A stretch of 64,000 nucleotides of DNA, from contig OZ024743.1 of the NCBI GenBank assembly GCA_964016885.1, forward strand, positions 140,554,001-140,618,000, given 5' to 3'. This DNA is from Eledone cirrhosa (lineage: Eukaryota). A program made the position numbers and the translations under genes. The notes beneath the pieces are model-generated. The model searched no databases, was not told where the DNA came from, and was given only the letters and a program-made list of their open reading frames with translations. Of the stretch, positions 11,080-23,155 are shown piece after piece. Each line of letters begins with the position of its first letter. The first letter of the stretch is position 1.

Positions 11080-14000
11080 GTGCTTGGTGTTTGGTGTTCG
11101 GTGCTTGGTGCTTGGTGTTTGGTATTTGGTGTTATATGCTTGATGTTTGATCCTTGGTGCTTGGTGCTTGGTGTTTGGTGTTTGGTGCTTGGTGTTTGAT
11201 GTTTGGTGCTTGGTGCTTGGTGTTTGGTGCTTGGTGCTTGGTGTTTGGTGCTTGGTGCTTGGTGCTTGCTGTTTGGTGCTTGGTGTTTGGTGCTTGGTGC
11301 TTGGTGCTTGGTGCTTGCTGTTTGGTGGTTGGTGCTTGGTGCTTGGTGTTAGGTGTTTGGTGCTTGGTGCTTGGTGTTTGGTGTTTGGTGCTTGGTGTTT
11401 GGTGTTTGGTGCTTGGTGTTTGGTGCTTGGTACTTGGTGCTTGGTGCTTGGTGTTAGGTGTTTGGTGCTTGGTGCTTGGTGTCTGGTTTTTGGTGCTTGG
11501 TGCTTGGTGTTTGGTGTTTGGTGCTTGCTGCTGGCTGCTTGGTGTTTGGTGCTTGGTGATTGCTGCTTGGTGTTTGGTACTTGGTGTTTGGTGTTTGCTG
11601 CTAGGTGCTTGGTGTTTGGTGCTTGCTGCTTGGTGTTTGTACTTGGTGCTTGGTGCTTGGTTCTTGGTGTTTGGTGCTTGGTGCTTGGTGTTTGGTGCTT
11701 GGTGCTTGGTGTTTGGTGCTTGGTGATTGGTGCTTGGTGCTTGGTGCTTGGTGCTTGGTGTTTGGTGCTTGGTGTTTGGTGCTTGGTGTTAGGTGTTTGT
11801 TGCTTGGTGCTTGGTCTTTGGTGTTTGGTGCTTGGTGTTTGGTGTTTGGTGTTATATGCTTGGTGTTTGATGCTTGGTGCTTGGTGCTTGGTGTTTGGTG
11901 CTTGGTGTTTGATGCTTGGTGCTTGGTGTTTGGTGTTTGGTGCTTGGTGCTTGGTACTTGGTGTTTGGTGCTTGGTGCTTGGTGTTTGGTGCTTGGTGTT
12001 TAGTGTTTGGTGCTTGGTGCTTAGTGTTTGGTGCTAGGTGCTTGGTGTTTGGTGCTTGGTGTTTAGGTGCCTGGTGCTTGGTGTTTGGTGTTTGGTGTTT
12101 GGTGCTTGGTGCTTGGTGTTTGGTGCTTGCTGCTGGCTGCTTGGTGTTTGATGCTTGGTGATTGGTGCTTGGTGTTTGGTGCTTGGTGTTTGGTGTTTGG
12201 TGCTAGGTGCTTGGTGTTTGGTGCTTGGTGCTGGGTGGTTGGTGTTTAGTGGTTGGTGTTTGGTGCTGGGTGCTTGGTGTTTGCTGCTTGGTGCTTGGTG
12301 TTTGGTGCTTGGTGTTTGGTGTTTGGTGCTTGGTGCTTGGTGCTTGGTGTTTGGTGCTTGGTGCTTGGTGTTTGGTGCTTGGTGTTTAGTGTTTGGTGCT
12401 TGGTGCTTAGTGTTTGGTGCTAGGTGCTTGGTGTTTGGTGCTTGGTGTTTAGGTGCCTGGTGCTTGGTGTTTGGTGTTTGGTGTTTGGTGCTTGGTGCTT
12501 GGTGTTTGGTGTTTGCTGTTTGCTGTTTGGTGTTTGTTGTTTGGTGTTTGTTGTTTGGTGTTTGCTGTTTGGTGTTTGGTGTTTGCTTTTTGGTGTTTAG
12601 TGTTTGCTGTATGTTGTTTGCTGTTTGGTGTTTGGTGTTTGGTGTTTGGTGTTTGGTGCTTGTTCCTTGGTGTTTGGTGCTTGGTGTTTGGTGCCTGGTG
12701 CTTGGTGCTTGGTGCTTGGTGTTTGGTGTTTGGTGCTTGGTGCTTGGTGCTTGGAGTTTGGTGTTTGGTGCTTGGTGCTTGGTGTTTTGTGTTTCGTGTT
12801 TGGTTTTTGGTGCTTGGTGCTTGGTGCTTGGTCCTTGGTGTTTGGTGCTGGGTGCTTTGTGTTTGGTGCTTGGTGCTTGGTGCTTGGTGTTTGGTGTTTG
12901 CTGCTTGGTGTTTGATGCTTGGTGCTTGGTGCTTGGTGTTTTGTGTTTGGTGCTTGGTGCTTGGTGTTTGGTGTTTGGTGCTTGGTGCTTGGTGCTTGGT
13001 GTTTGTACTTGGTGCTTGGTGCTTGGTGTTTGGTTCTTGGTTCTTGATGTTTGGTGTTTGGCGTTTGGTGTTTGGTGCTTGGTGCTTGGTGTTTGGTGCC
13101 TGGTGCTTGGTGCTTGGTGCTTGGAGTTTGGTGTTTGGTGTTTGGTTTTTGGTGCTGGGTGCTTGGGCCTTGGTGTTTGGTGCTGGGTGCTTTGTGTTTG
13201 GTGCTTGGTGCTTGGTGTTTGGTGTTTGCTGCTTGGTGTTTGATGCTTGGTGCTTGGTGCTTGGTGTTTTGTGTTTGGTGCTTGGTTCTTGGTGTTTGGT
13301 GCTTGGTGCTTGGTGCTTGGTGTTTGTACTTGGTGCTTGGTGCTTGGTGTTTGGTTCTTGGTTCTTGGTGTTTGGATACTTGTTGCTTGATGCTTGGTGC
13401 TTGATGTTTGGTGTTTGGTGCTTGGTGTTTGGTGCTTGGTGCTTGGTGCTTGGTGTTAGGTGTTTGGTGCTTGGTCCTTGGTGTTTGGTGCTTGGTGTTT
13501 GGTGTTTGCTGTTTGGTGTTTGGTGTTTGGTGTTTGGTGTTTGCTGTTTGGTGTCTGCTTTTTGGTGTTTAGTGTTTGCTGTATGGTGTTTGGTGTTTGT
13601 TGTTTGGTGTTTGGTCTTTGGTGCTTGGTGCTTGGTGCTTGGTGTTATATATGCTTGGTGTTTGATGCTTGGTGCTTGGTGCTTGGTGTTTGGTGTTTGG
13701 TGTTTGATGCTTGGTGCTTGGTGTTTGGTGCTTGGTGCTTGGTGTTTGTACTTGGTGCTTGGTGCTTCGTGCTTGGTGTTTGGTGCTTGGTGTTTGGTGC
13801 TTGGTGCTTGGTGTTTGGTGCTTGGTGCTTGGTGCTTGGTGCTTGGTGTTTGGTGGTTGGTGTTTGGTGCTTGGTGTTAGGTGTTTGATGCTTGGTGCTT
13901 GGTGTTTGGTGTTTAGTGCTTGGTGTTTGGTGCTTGGTGCTTGGTGTTTGGTGCTTGGTACTTGGTGCTTGGTGCTTGGTGTTAGGTGTTTGGTGCTTGG

Positions 14001-17000
14001 TGTTTGGTGCTTGGTGTTTGGTGCTTGGTGCTTGGTGCTTGGTGCTTGGTGTTTGGTGGTTGGTGTTTGGTGCTTGGTGTTAGGTGTTTGGTGCTTGGTG
14101 CTTGGTATTTGGTGTTTGGTGCTTGGTGTTTGGTGTTTGGTGCTTGGTGTTTGGTGCTTTTTGCTTGGTGCTTGGTGCTTGGTGTTTGGTGCTTGGTGCT
14201 TGGTGTTTGGTGTTGGGTGCTTGGTGCTTGGTGTTTGGTGTTTGGTGCTTGGTGCTTGGTGTTTGGTGTTTGGTGTTATATGCTTGGTGTTTGATGCTTG
14301 GTGCTTGGTGTTTGGTGTTTGGTGTTTGGTGCTTGGTGTTTGATGCTTGGTGCTTGGTGCTTGGTGTTTGGTGCTTGGTGCTTGGTGTTTGGTGTTTGGT
14401 GCTTGGTGTTTGGTGATTGATGCCTGGTGCTTGGTGCTTGGTGTTTGGTGGTTGGTGCTTGGTGCTTGGTGTTAGGTGTTTGGTGCTTGGTGCTTGGTGT
14501 TTGGTGTTTGGTGCTTGGTGTTTGGTGTTTGGTTGTTGGTGTTTGGTGCTTGGAACTTGGTGCTTGGTGCTTGGTGTTAGGTGTTTGGTGCTTGGTGCTT
14601 GGTGTCTGGTTTTTGGTGCTTGGTGCTTGGTGTTTGGTGTTTGGTGCTTGCTGCTGGTTGCTTGGTGTTTGGTGCTTGATGATTGGTGCTTGGTGTTTGG
14701 GGCTTGGTGTTAGGTGTTTGGTGCTTGGTGTTTGGTGATTGATGCCTGGTGCTTGGTGCTTGGTTCTTTGTGTTTGGTGCTTGGTGCTTGGTGTTTGGTG
14801 CTTGGTGCTTGGTGTTTGGTGCTTGGTGCTTGGTGCTTGGTGTTTGGTGCTTGGTGTTAGGTGTTTGGTGCTTGGTGCTTGGTGTTTGGTGTTTGGTGCT
14901 TGGTGCTTGGTGTTTGGTGTTTGGTGCTTGGTGTTTGGTGTTTGGTGTTATATGCTTGGTGTTTGATGCTTGGTGCTTGGTGCTTGGTGTTTGGTGCTTG
15001 GTGTTTGATGCTTGGTGCTTGGTGCTTGGTGTTTGGTGCTTGGTGCTTGGTGTTTGTACTTGGTGCTTGGTGCTTGGTTCTTGATGTTTGGTGCTTGGTG
15101 CTTGGTGTTTGGTGCTTGGTGCTTGGTGTTTGGTGCTTGGTGTTTGGTGCTTGGTGTTTGGTGCTTGGTGCTTGGTGCTTGGTGCTTGGTGTTTGGTGCT
15201 TGGTGTTTGGTGCTTGGTGTTAGGTGTTTGGTGCTTGGTGTTTGGTGTTTGGTTTTTGGTGCTTGGTGCTTGGTGTTTGGTGCTTGCTGCTGGCTGCTTG
15301 GTGTTTGATGCTTGGTGATTGGTGCTTGGTGTTTGGTGCTTGGTGTTTGGTGTTTGGTGCTAGGTGCTTGGTGTTTGGTGCTTGGTGCTTGGTGCTTGGT
15401 GTTTGGTGCTTGGTGCTTGGTCTTTGGTGCTTGGTGTTTGGTGTTTGGTGCTTGGTGCTTGGTGCTTGGTGTTTGGTGCTTGGTGCTTGGTGTTTGGTGC
15501 TTGGTGCTTAGTGTTTGGTGCTAGGTGCTTGGTGTTTGGTGCTTGGGGCTTGGTGTTTGGTGCCTGGTGCTTGGTGTTTGGTGCTTGGTGCTTGGTGTTT
15601 GGTGTTTGCTGTTTGCTGTTTGGTGTTTGTTGTTTGGTGTTTGTTGTTTGGTGTTTGCTGTTTGGTGTTTGGTGTTTGCTTTTTGGTGTTTGGTGTTTGC
15701 TGTATGTTGTTTGCTGTTTGGTGTTTGGTGTTTGGTCTTTGGTGCTTGGTGCTTGGTGTTTGGTGCTTGGTGCTTGGTGTTTCGTGCCTGGTGCTTGGTG
15801 CTTGGTGCTTGGTGTTTGGTGTTTGGTGCTTGGTGCTTGGTGCTTGGAGTTTGGTGTTTGGTGCTTGGTGCTTGGTGTTTTGTGTTTCGTGTTTGGTTTT
15901 TGGTGCTTGGTGCTTGGTGCTTGGTCCTTGGTGTTTGGTGCTGGGTGCTTTGTGTTTGGTGCTTGGTGCTTGGTGCTTGGTGTTTTGTGTTTGGTGCTTG
16001 GTGCTTGGTGCTTGGTGCTTGGTGCTTGGTGTTTGTACTTGATGCTTGGTGCTTGGTGTTTGGTTCTTGGTTCTTGGTGTTTGGTACTTGGTGCTTGGTG
16101 TTTGGTGTTTGCTGTTTGGTGTTTGGTGTTTGGTGTTTGGTGTTTGCTGTTTGGTGTCTGCTTTTTGGTGTTTAGTGTTTGCTGTATGGTGTTTGGTGTT
16201 TGCTGTTTCGTGTTTGGTCTTTGGTGCTTGGTGTTTGGTGCTCGGTGCTTGGTGTTTGGTATTCGGTGCTTGGTGCTTGGTGCTTGGTGTTTGGTGTTTG
16301 GTGTTATATGCTTGGTGTTTGATGCTTGGTGCTTGGTGTTTGGTGTTTGGTGTTTGGTGCTTGGTGTTTGATGCTTGGTGCTTGGTGCTTGGTGTTTGGT
16401 GCTTGGTGCTTGGTGTTTGGTGTTTGGTGCTTGGTGTTTGGTGATTGATGCTTGGTGCTTGGTGCTTGGTGTTTGGTGGTTGGTGCTTGGTGCTTGGTGT
16501 TAGGTGTTTGGTGCTTGGTGCTTGGTGTTTGGTGTTTGGTGCTTGGTGTTTGGTGTTTGGTTGTTGGTGTTTGGTGCTTGGAACTTGGTGCTTGGTGCTT
16601 GGTGTTAGGTGTTTGGTGCTTGGTGCTTGGTGTCTGGTTTTTGGTGCTTGGTGCTTGGTGTTTGGTGTTTGGTGCTTGCTGCTGGTTGCTTGGTGTTTGG
16701 TGCTTGATGATTGGTGCTTGGTGTTTGGGGCTTGGTGTTTGGTGTTTGGTGCTAGGTGCTTGGTGTTTGGTGCTTGGTGCTTGGTGTTTGTACTTGGTGC
16801 TTGGTGCTTGGTTCTTTGTGTTTGGTGCTTGGTGCTTGGTGTTTGGTGCTTGGTGCTTGGTGTTTGGTGCTTGGTGCTTGGTGCTTGGTGTTTGGTGCTT
16901 GGTGTTAGGTGTTTGGTGCTTGGTGCTTGGTGTTTGGTGTTTGGTGCTTGGTGCTTGGTGTTTGGTGTTTGGTGCTTGGTGTTTGGTGTTTGGTATTATA

Positions 17001-20000
17001 TGCTTGGTGTTTGATGCTTGGTGCTTGGTGCTTGGTGTTTGGTGCTTGGTGTTTGATGCTTGGTGCTTGGTGCTTGGTGTTTGGTGCTTGGTGCTTGGTG
17101 TTTGTACTTGGTGCTTGGTGCTTGGTTCTTGGTGTTTGGTGCTTGGTGCTTGGTGTTTGGTGCTTGGTGCTTGGTGTTTGGTGCTTGGTGTTTGGTGCTT
17201 GGTGTTTGGTGCTTGGTGCTTGGTGCTTGGTGCTTGGTGTTTGGTGCTTGGTGTTTGGTGCTTGGTGTTAGGTGTTTGGTGCTTGGTGTTTGGTGTTTGG
17301 TTTTTGGTGCTTGGTGCTTGGTGTTTGGTGCTTGCTGCTGGCTGCTCGGTGTTTGATGCTTGGTGATTGGTGCTTGGTGTTTGGTGCTTGGTGTTTGGTG
17401 TTTGGTGCTAGGTGCTTGGTGTTTGGTGCTTGGTGCTTGGTGCTTGGTGTTTGGTGCTTGGTGCTTGGTCTTTGGTGCTTGGTGTTTGGTGTTTGGTGCT
17501 TGGTGCTTGGTGCTTGGTGTTTGGTGCTTGGTGCTTGGTGTTTGGTGCTTGGTGCTTAGTGTTTGGTGCTTGGTGCTTAGTGTTTGGTGCTAGGTGCTTG
17601 GTGTTTGGTGCTTGGGGCTTGGTGTTTGGTGCCTGGTGCTTGGTGTTTGGTGCTTGGTGCTTGGTGTTTGGTGTTTGCTGTTTGCTGTTTGGTGTTTGTT
17701 TTTTGGTGTTTGTTGTTTGGTGTTTGCTGTTTGGTGTTTGGTGTTTGCTTTTTGGTGTTTGGTGTTTGCTGTATGTTGTTTGTTGTTTGGTGTTTGGTGT
17801 TTGGTCTTTGGTGCTTGGTGCTTGGTGTTTGGTGCTTGGTGCTTGGTGTTTCGTGCCTGGTGCTTGGTGCTTGGTGCTTGGTGTTTGGTGTTTGGTGCTT
17901 GGTGCTTGGTGCTTGGAGTTTGGTGTTTGGTGCTTGGTGTTTGGTGTTCGGTGCTTGGTGCTTGGTGTTTGGTATTTGGTGTTATATGCTTGATGTTTGA
18001 TCCTTGGTGCTTGGTGCTTGGTGTTTGGTGTTTGGTGCTTGGTGTTTGATGTTTGGTGCTTGGTGCTTGGTGTTTGGTGCTTGGTGCTTGGTGTTTGGTG
18101 CTTGGTGCTTGGTGCTTGCTGTTTGGTGCTTGGTGTTTGGTGCTTGGTGCTTGGTGCTTGGTGCTTGCTGTTTGGTGGTTGGTGCTTGGTGCTTGGTGTT
18201 AGGTGTTTGGTGCTTGGTGCTTGGTGTTTGGTGTTTGGTGCTTGGTGTTTGGTGTTTGGTGCTTGGTGTTTGGTGCTTGGTACTTGGTGCTTGGTGCTTG
18301 GTGTTAGGTGTTTGGTGCTTGGTGCTTGGTGTCTGGTTTTTGGTGCTTGGTGCTTGGTGTTTGGTGTTTGGTGCTTGCTGCTGGCTGCTTGGTGTTTGGT
18401 GCTTGGTGATTGCTGCTTGGTGTTTGGTGCTTGGTGTTTGGTGTTTGGTGCTAGGTGCTTGGTGTTTGGTGCTTGCTGCTTGGTGTTTGTACTTGGTGCT
18501 TGGTGCTTGGTTCTTGGTGTTTGGTGCTTGGTGCTTGGTGTTTGGTGCTTGGTGCTTGGTGTTTGGTGCTTGGTGATTGGTGCTTGGTGCTTGGTGCTTG
18601 GTGCTTGGTGTTTGGTGCTTGGTGTTTGGTGCTTGGTGTTAGGTGTTTGTTGCTTGGTGCTTGGTCTTTGGTGTTTGGTGCTTGGTGTTTGGTGTTTGGT
18701 GTTATATGCTTGGTGTTTGATGCTTGGTGCTTGGTGCTTGGTGTTTGGTGCTTGGTGTTTGATGCTTGGTGCTTGGTGCTTGGTGTTTGGTTCTTGGTGC
18801 TTGGTACTTGGTGTTTGGTGCTTGGTGCTTGGTGTTTGGTGCTTGGTGTTTAGTGTTTGGTGCTTGGTGCTTAGTGTTTGGTGCTAGGTGCTTGGTGTTT
18901 GGTGCTTGGTGTTTAGGTGCCTGGTGCTTGGTGTTTGGTGTTTGGTGTTTGGTGCTTGGTGCTTGGTGTTTGGTGCTTGCTGCTGGCTGCTTGGTGTTTG
19001 ATGCTTGGTGATTGGTGCTTGGTGTTTGGTGCCTGGTGTTTGGTGTTTGGTGCTAGGTGCTTGGTGTTTGGTGCTTGGTGCTGGGTGGTTGGTGTTTAGT
19101 GTTTGGTGTTTGGTGCTGGGTGCTTGGTGTTTGCTGCTTGGTGCTTGGTGTTTGGTGCTTGGTGTTTGGTGTTTGGTGCTTGGTGCTTGGTGCTTGGTGT
19201 TTGGTGCTTGGTGCTTGGTGTTTGGTGCTTGGTGTTTAGTGTTTGGTGCTTGGTGCTTAGTGTTTGGTGCTAGGTGCTTGGTGTTTGGTGCTTGGTGTTT
19301 AGGTGCCTGGTGCTTGGTGTTTGGTGTTTGGTGTTTGGTGCTTGGTGCTTGGTGTTTGGTGTTTGCTGTTTGCTGTTTGGTGTTTGTTGTTTGGTGTTTG
19401 TTGTCTGATGTTTGCTGTTTGGTGTTTGGTGTTTGCTTTTTGGTATTTAGTGTTTGCTGTATGTTGTTTGCTGTTTGGTGTTTGGTGTTTGGTGTTTGGT
19501 GTTTGGTGCTTGTTCCTTGGTGTTTGGTGCTTGGTGTTTGGTGCCTGGTGCTTGGTGCTTGGTGCTTGGTGTTTGGTGTTTGGTGCTTGGTGCTTGGTGC
19601 TTGGAGTTTGGTGTTTGGTGCTTGGTGCTTGGTGTTTTGTGTTTCGTGTTTGGTTTTTGGTGCTTGGTGCTTGGTGCTTGGTCCTTGGTGTTTGGTGCTG
19701 GGTGCTTTGTGTTTGGTGCTTGGTGCTTGGTGCTTGGTGTTTGGTGTTTGCTGCTTGGTGTTTGATGCTTGGTGCTTGGTGCTTGGTGTTTTGTGTTTGG
19801 TGCTTGGTGCTTGGTGTTTGGTGTTTGGTGCTTGGTGCTTGGTGCTTGGTGTTTGTACTTGGTGCTTGGTGCTTGGTGTTTGGTTCTTGGTTCTTGATGT
19901 TTGGTGTTTGGCGTTTGGTGTTTGGTGCTTGGTGCTTGGTGTTTGGTGCCTGGTGCTTGGTGCTTGGTGCTTGGAGTTTGGTGTTTGGTGTTTGGTTTTT

Positions 20001-23000
20001 GGTGCTGGGTGCTTGGGCCTTGGTGTTTGGTGCTGGGTGCTTTGTGTTTGGTGCTTGGTGCTTGGTGTTTGGTGTTTGCTGCTTGGTGTTTGATGCTTGG
20101 TGCTTGGTGCTTGGTGTTTTGTGTTTGGTGCTTGGTTCTTGGTGTTTGGTGCTTGGTGCTTGGTGCTTGGTGTTTGTACTTGGTGCTTGGTGCTTGGTGT
20201 TTGGTTCTTGGTTCTTGGTGTTTGGATACTTGTTGCTTGATGCTTGGTGCTTGATGTTTGGTGTTTGGTGCTTGGTGTTTGGTGCTTGGTGCTTGGTGCT
20301 TGGTGTTAGGTGTTTGGTGCTTGGTCCTTGGTGTTTGGTGCTTGGTGTTTGGTGTTTGCTGTTTGGTGTTTGGTGTTTGGTGTTTGGTGTTTGCTGTTTG
20401 GTGTCTGCTTTTTGGTGTTTAGTGTTTGCTGTATGGTGTTTGGTGTTTGTTGTTTGGTGTTTGGTCTTTGGTGCTTGGTGCTTGGTGTTATATATGCTTG
20501 GTGTTTGATGCTTGGTGCTTGGTGCTTGGTGTTTGGTGTTTGGTGTTTGATGCTTGGTGCTTGGTGTTTGGTGCTTGGTGCTTGGTGTTTGTACTTGGTG
20601 CTTGGTGCTTCGTGCTTGGTGTTTGGTGCTTGGTGTTTGGTGCTTGGTGCTTGGTGTTTGGTGCTTGGTGCTTGGTGCTTGGTGCTTGGTGTTTGGTGGT
20701 TGGTGTTTGGTGCTTGGTGTTAGGTGTTTGATGCTTGGTGCTTGGTGTTTGGTGTTTAGTGCTTGGTGTTTGGTGCTTGGTGCTTGGTGTTTGGTGCTTG
20801 GTACTTGGTGCTTGGTGCTTGGTGTTAGGTGTTTGGTGCTTGGTGTTTGGTGCTTGGTGTTTGGTGCTTGGTGCTTGGTGCTTGGTGCTTGGTGTTTGGT
20901 GGTTGGTGTTTGCTGCTTGGTGTTAGGTGTTTGGTGCTTGGTGCTTGGTATTTGGTGTTTGGTGCTTGGTGTTTGGTGTTTGGTGCTTGGTATTTGGTGC
21001 TTTTTGCTTGGTGCTTGGTGCTTGGTGTTTGGTGCTTGGTGCTTGGTGTTTGGTGTTGGGTGCTTGGTGCTTGGTGTTTGGTGTTTGGTGCTTGGTGCTT
21101 GGTGTTTGGTGTTTGGTGTTATATGCTTGGTGTTTGATGCTTGGTGCTTGGTGTTTGGTGTTTGGTGTTTGGTGCTTGGTGTTTGATGCTTGGTGCTTGG
21201 TGCTTGGTGTTTGGTGCTTGGTGCTTGGTGTTTGGTGTTTGGTGCTTGGTGTTTGGTGATTGATGCTTGGTGCTTGGTGCTTGGTGTTTGGTGGTTGGTG
21301 CTTGGTGCTTGGTGTTAGGTGTTTGGTGCTTGGTGCTTGGTGTTTGGTGTTTGGTGCTTGGTGTTTGGTGTTTGGTTGTTGGTGTTTGGTGCTTGGAACT
21401 TGGTGCTTGGTGCTTGGTGTTAGGTGTTTGGTGCTTGGTGCTTGGTGTCTGGTTTTTGGTGCTTGGTGCTTGGTGTTTGGTGTTTGGTGCTTGCTGCTGG
21501 TTGCTTGGTGTTTGGTGCTTGATGATTGGTGCTTGGTGTTTGGGGCTTGGTGTTTGGTGTTTGGTGCTAGGTGCTTGGTGTTTGGTGCTTGGTGCTTGGT
21601 GTTTGTACTTGGTGCTTGGTGCTTGGTTCTTTGTGTTTGGTGCTTGGTGCTTGGTGTTTGGTGCTTGGTGCTTGGTGTTTGGTGCTTGGTGCTTGGTGCT
21701 TGGTGTTTGGTGCTTGGTGTTAGGTGTTTGGTGCTTGGTGCTTGGTGTTTGGTGTTTGGTGCTTGGTGCTTGGTGTTTGGTGTTTGGTGCTTGGTGTTTG
21801 GTGTTTGGTGTTATATGCTTGGTGTTTGATGCTTGGTGCTTGGTGCTTGGTGTTTGGTGCTTGGTGTTTGATGCTTGGTGCTTGGTGCTTGGTGTTTGGT
21901 GCTTGGTGCTTGGTGTTTGTACTTGGTGCTTGGTGCTTGGTTCTTGGTGTTTGGTGCTTGGTGCTTGGTGTTTGGTGCTTGGTGCTTGGTGTTTGGTGCT
22001 TGGTGTTTGGTGCTTGGTGTTTGGTGCTTGGTGCTTGGTGCTTGGTGCTTGGTGTTTGGTGCTTGGTGTTTGGTGCTTGGTGTTAGGTGTTTGGTGCTTG
22101 GTGTTTGGTGTTTGGTTTTTGGTGCTTGGTGCTTGGTGTTTGGTGCTTGCTGCTGGCTGCTCGGTGTTTGATGCTTGGTGATTGGTGCTTGGTGTTTGGT
22201 GCTTGGTGTTTGGTGTTTGGTGCTAGGTGCTTGGTGTTTGGTGCTTGGTGCTTGGTGCTTGGTGTTTGGTGCTTGGTGCTTGGTCTTTGGTGCTTGGTGT
22301 TTGGTGTTTGGTGCTTGGTGCTTGGTGCTTGGTGTTTGGTGCTTGGTGCTTGGTGTTTGGTGCTTGGTGCTTAGTGTTTGGTGCTTGGTGCTTAGTGTTT
22401 GGTGCTAGGTGCTTGGTGTTTGGTGCTTGGGGCTTGGTGTTTGGTGCCTGGTGCTTGGTGTTTGGTGCTTGGTGCTTGGTGTTTGGTGTTTGCTGTTTGC
22501 TGTTTGGTGTTTGTTGTTTGGTGTTTGTTGTTTGGTGTTTGCTGTTTGGTGTTTGGTGTTTGCTTTTTGGTGTTTGGTGTTTGCTGTATGTTGTTTGTTG
22601 TTTGGTGTTTGGTGTTTGGTCTTTGGTGCTTGGTGCTTGGTGTTTGGTGCTTGGTGCTTGGTGTTTCGTGCCTGGTGCTTGGTGCTTGGTGCTTGGTGTT
22701 TGGTGTTTGGTGCTTGGTGCTTGGTGCTTGGAGTTTGGTGTTTGGTGCTTGGTGCTTGGTGTTTTGTGTTTCGTGTTTGGTTTTTGGTGCTTGGTGCTTG
22801 GTGCTTGGTCCTTGGTGTTTGGTGCTGGGTGCTTTGTGTTTGGTGCTGGGTGCTTGGTGCTTGGTGTTTTGTGTTTGGTGCTTGGTGCTTGGTGCTTGGT
22901 GCTTGGTGCTTGGTGTTTGTACTTGATGCTTGGTGCTTGGTGTTTGGTTCTTGGTTCTTGGTGTTTGGTACTTGGTGCTTGGTGTTTGGTGTTTGCTGTT

Positions 23001-23155
23001 TGGTGTTTGGTGTTTGGTGTTTGGTGTTTGCTGTTTGGTGTCTGCTTTTTGGTGTTTAGTGTTTGCTGTATGGTGTTTGGTGTTTGCTGTTTGGTGTTTG
23101 GTCTTTGGTGCTTGGTGTTTGGTGCTCGGTGCTTGGTGTTTGGTATTCGGTGCTT
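11080..23155 (+). repeat. Higher-order tandem duplication, period about 6,850 bp (second copy truncated near 23,155)
   Basis: Offset +6850 (11147/17997, 12155/19005, 13051/19901; private variant TTTGGATACTTGTTGC at 13371/20221), drifting to +6843 and +6884 through gain or loss of units. Confidence 0.88.
14240..17930 (+). repeat. Nested ~2.03-2.07-kb duplication inside the 6.85-kb unit
   Basis: Offsets +2028/+2048 (14417/16445, 14861/16909, 15224/17272, 15364/17412). Shared private variants GGAACTTGG and GGTTGTTGG. Confidence 0.82.
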
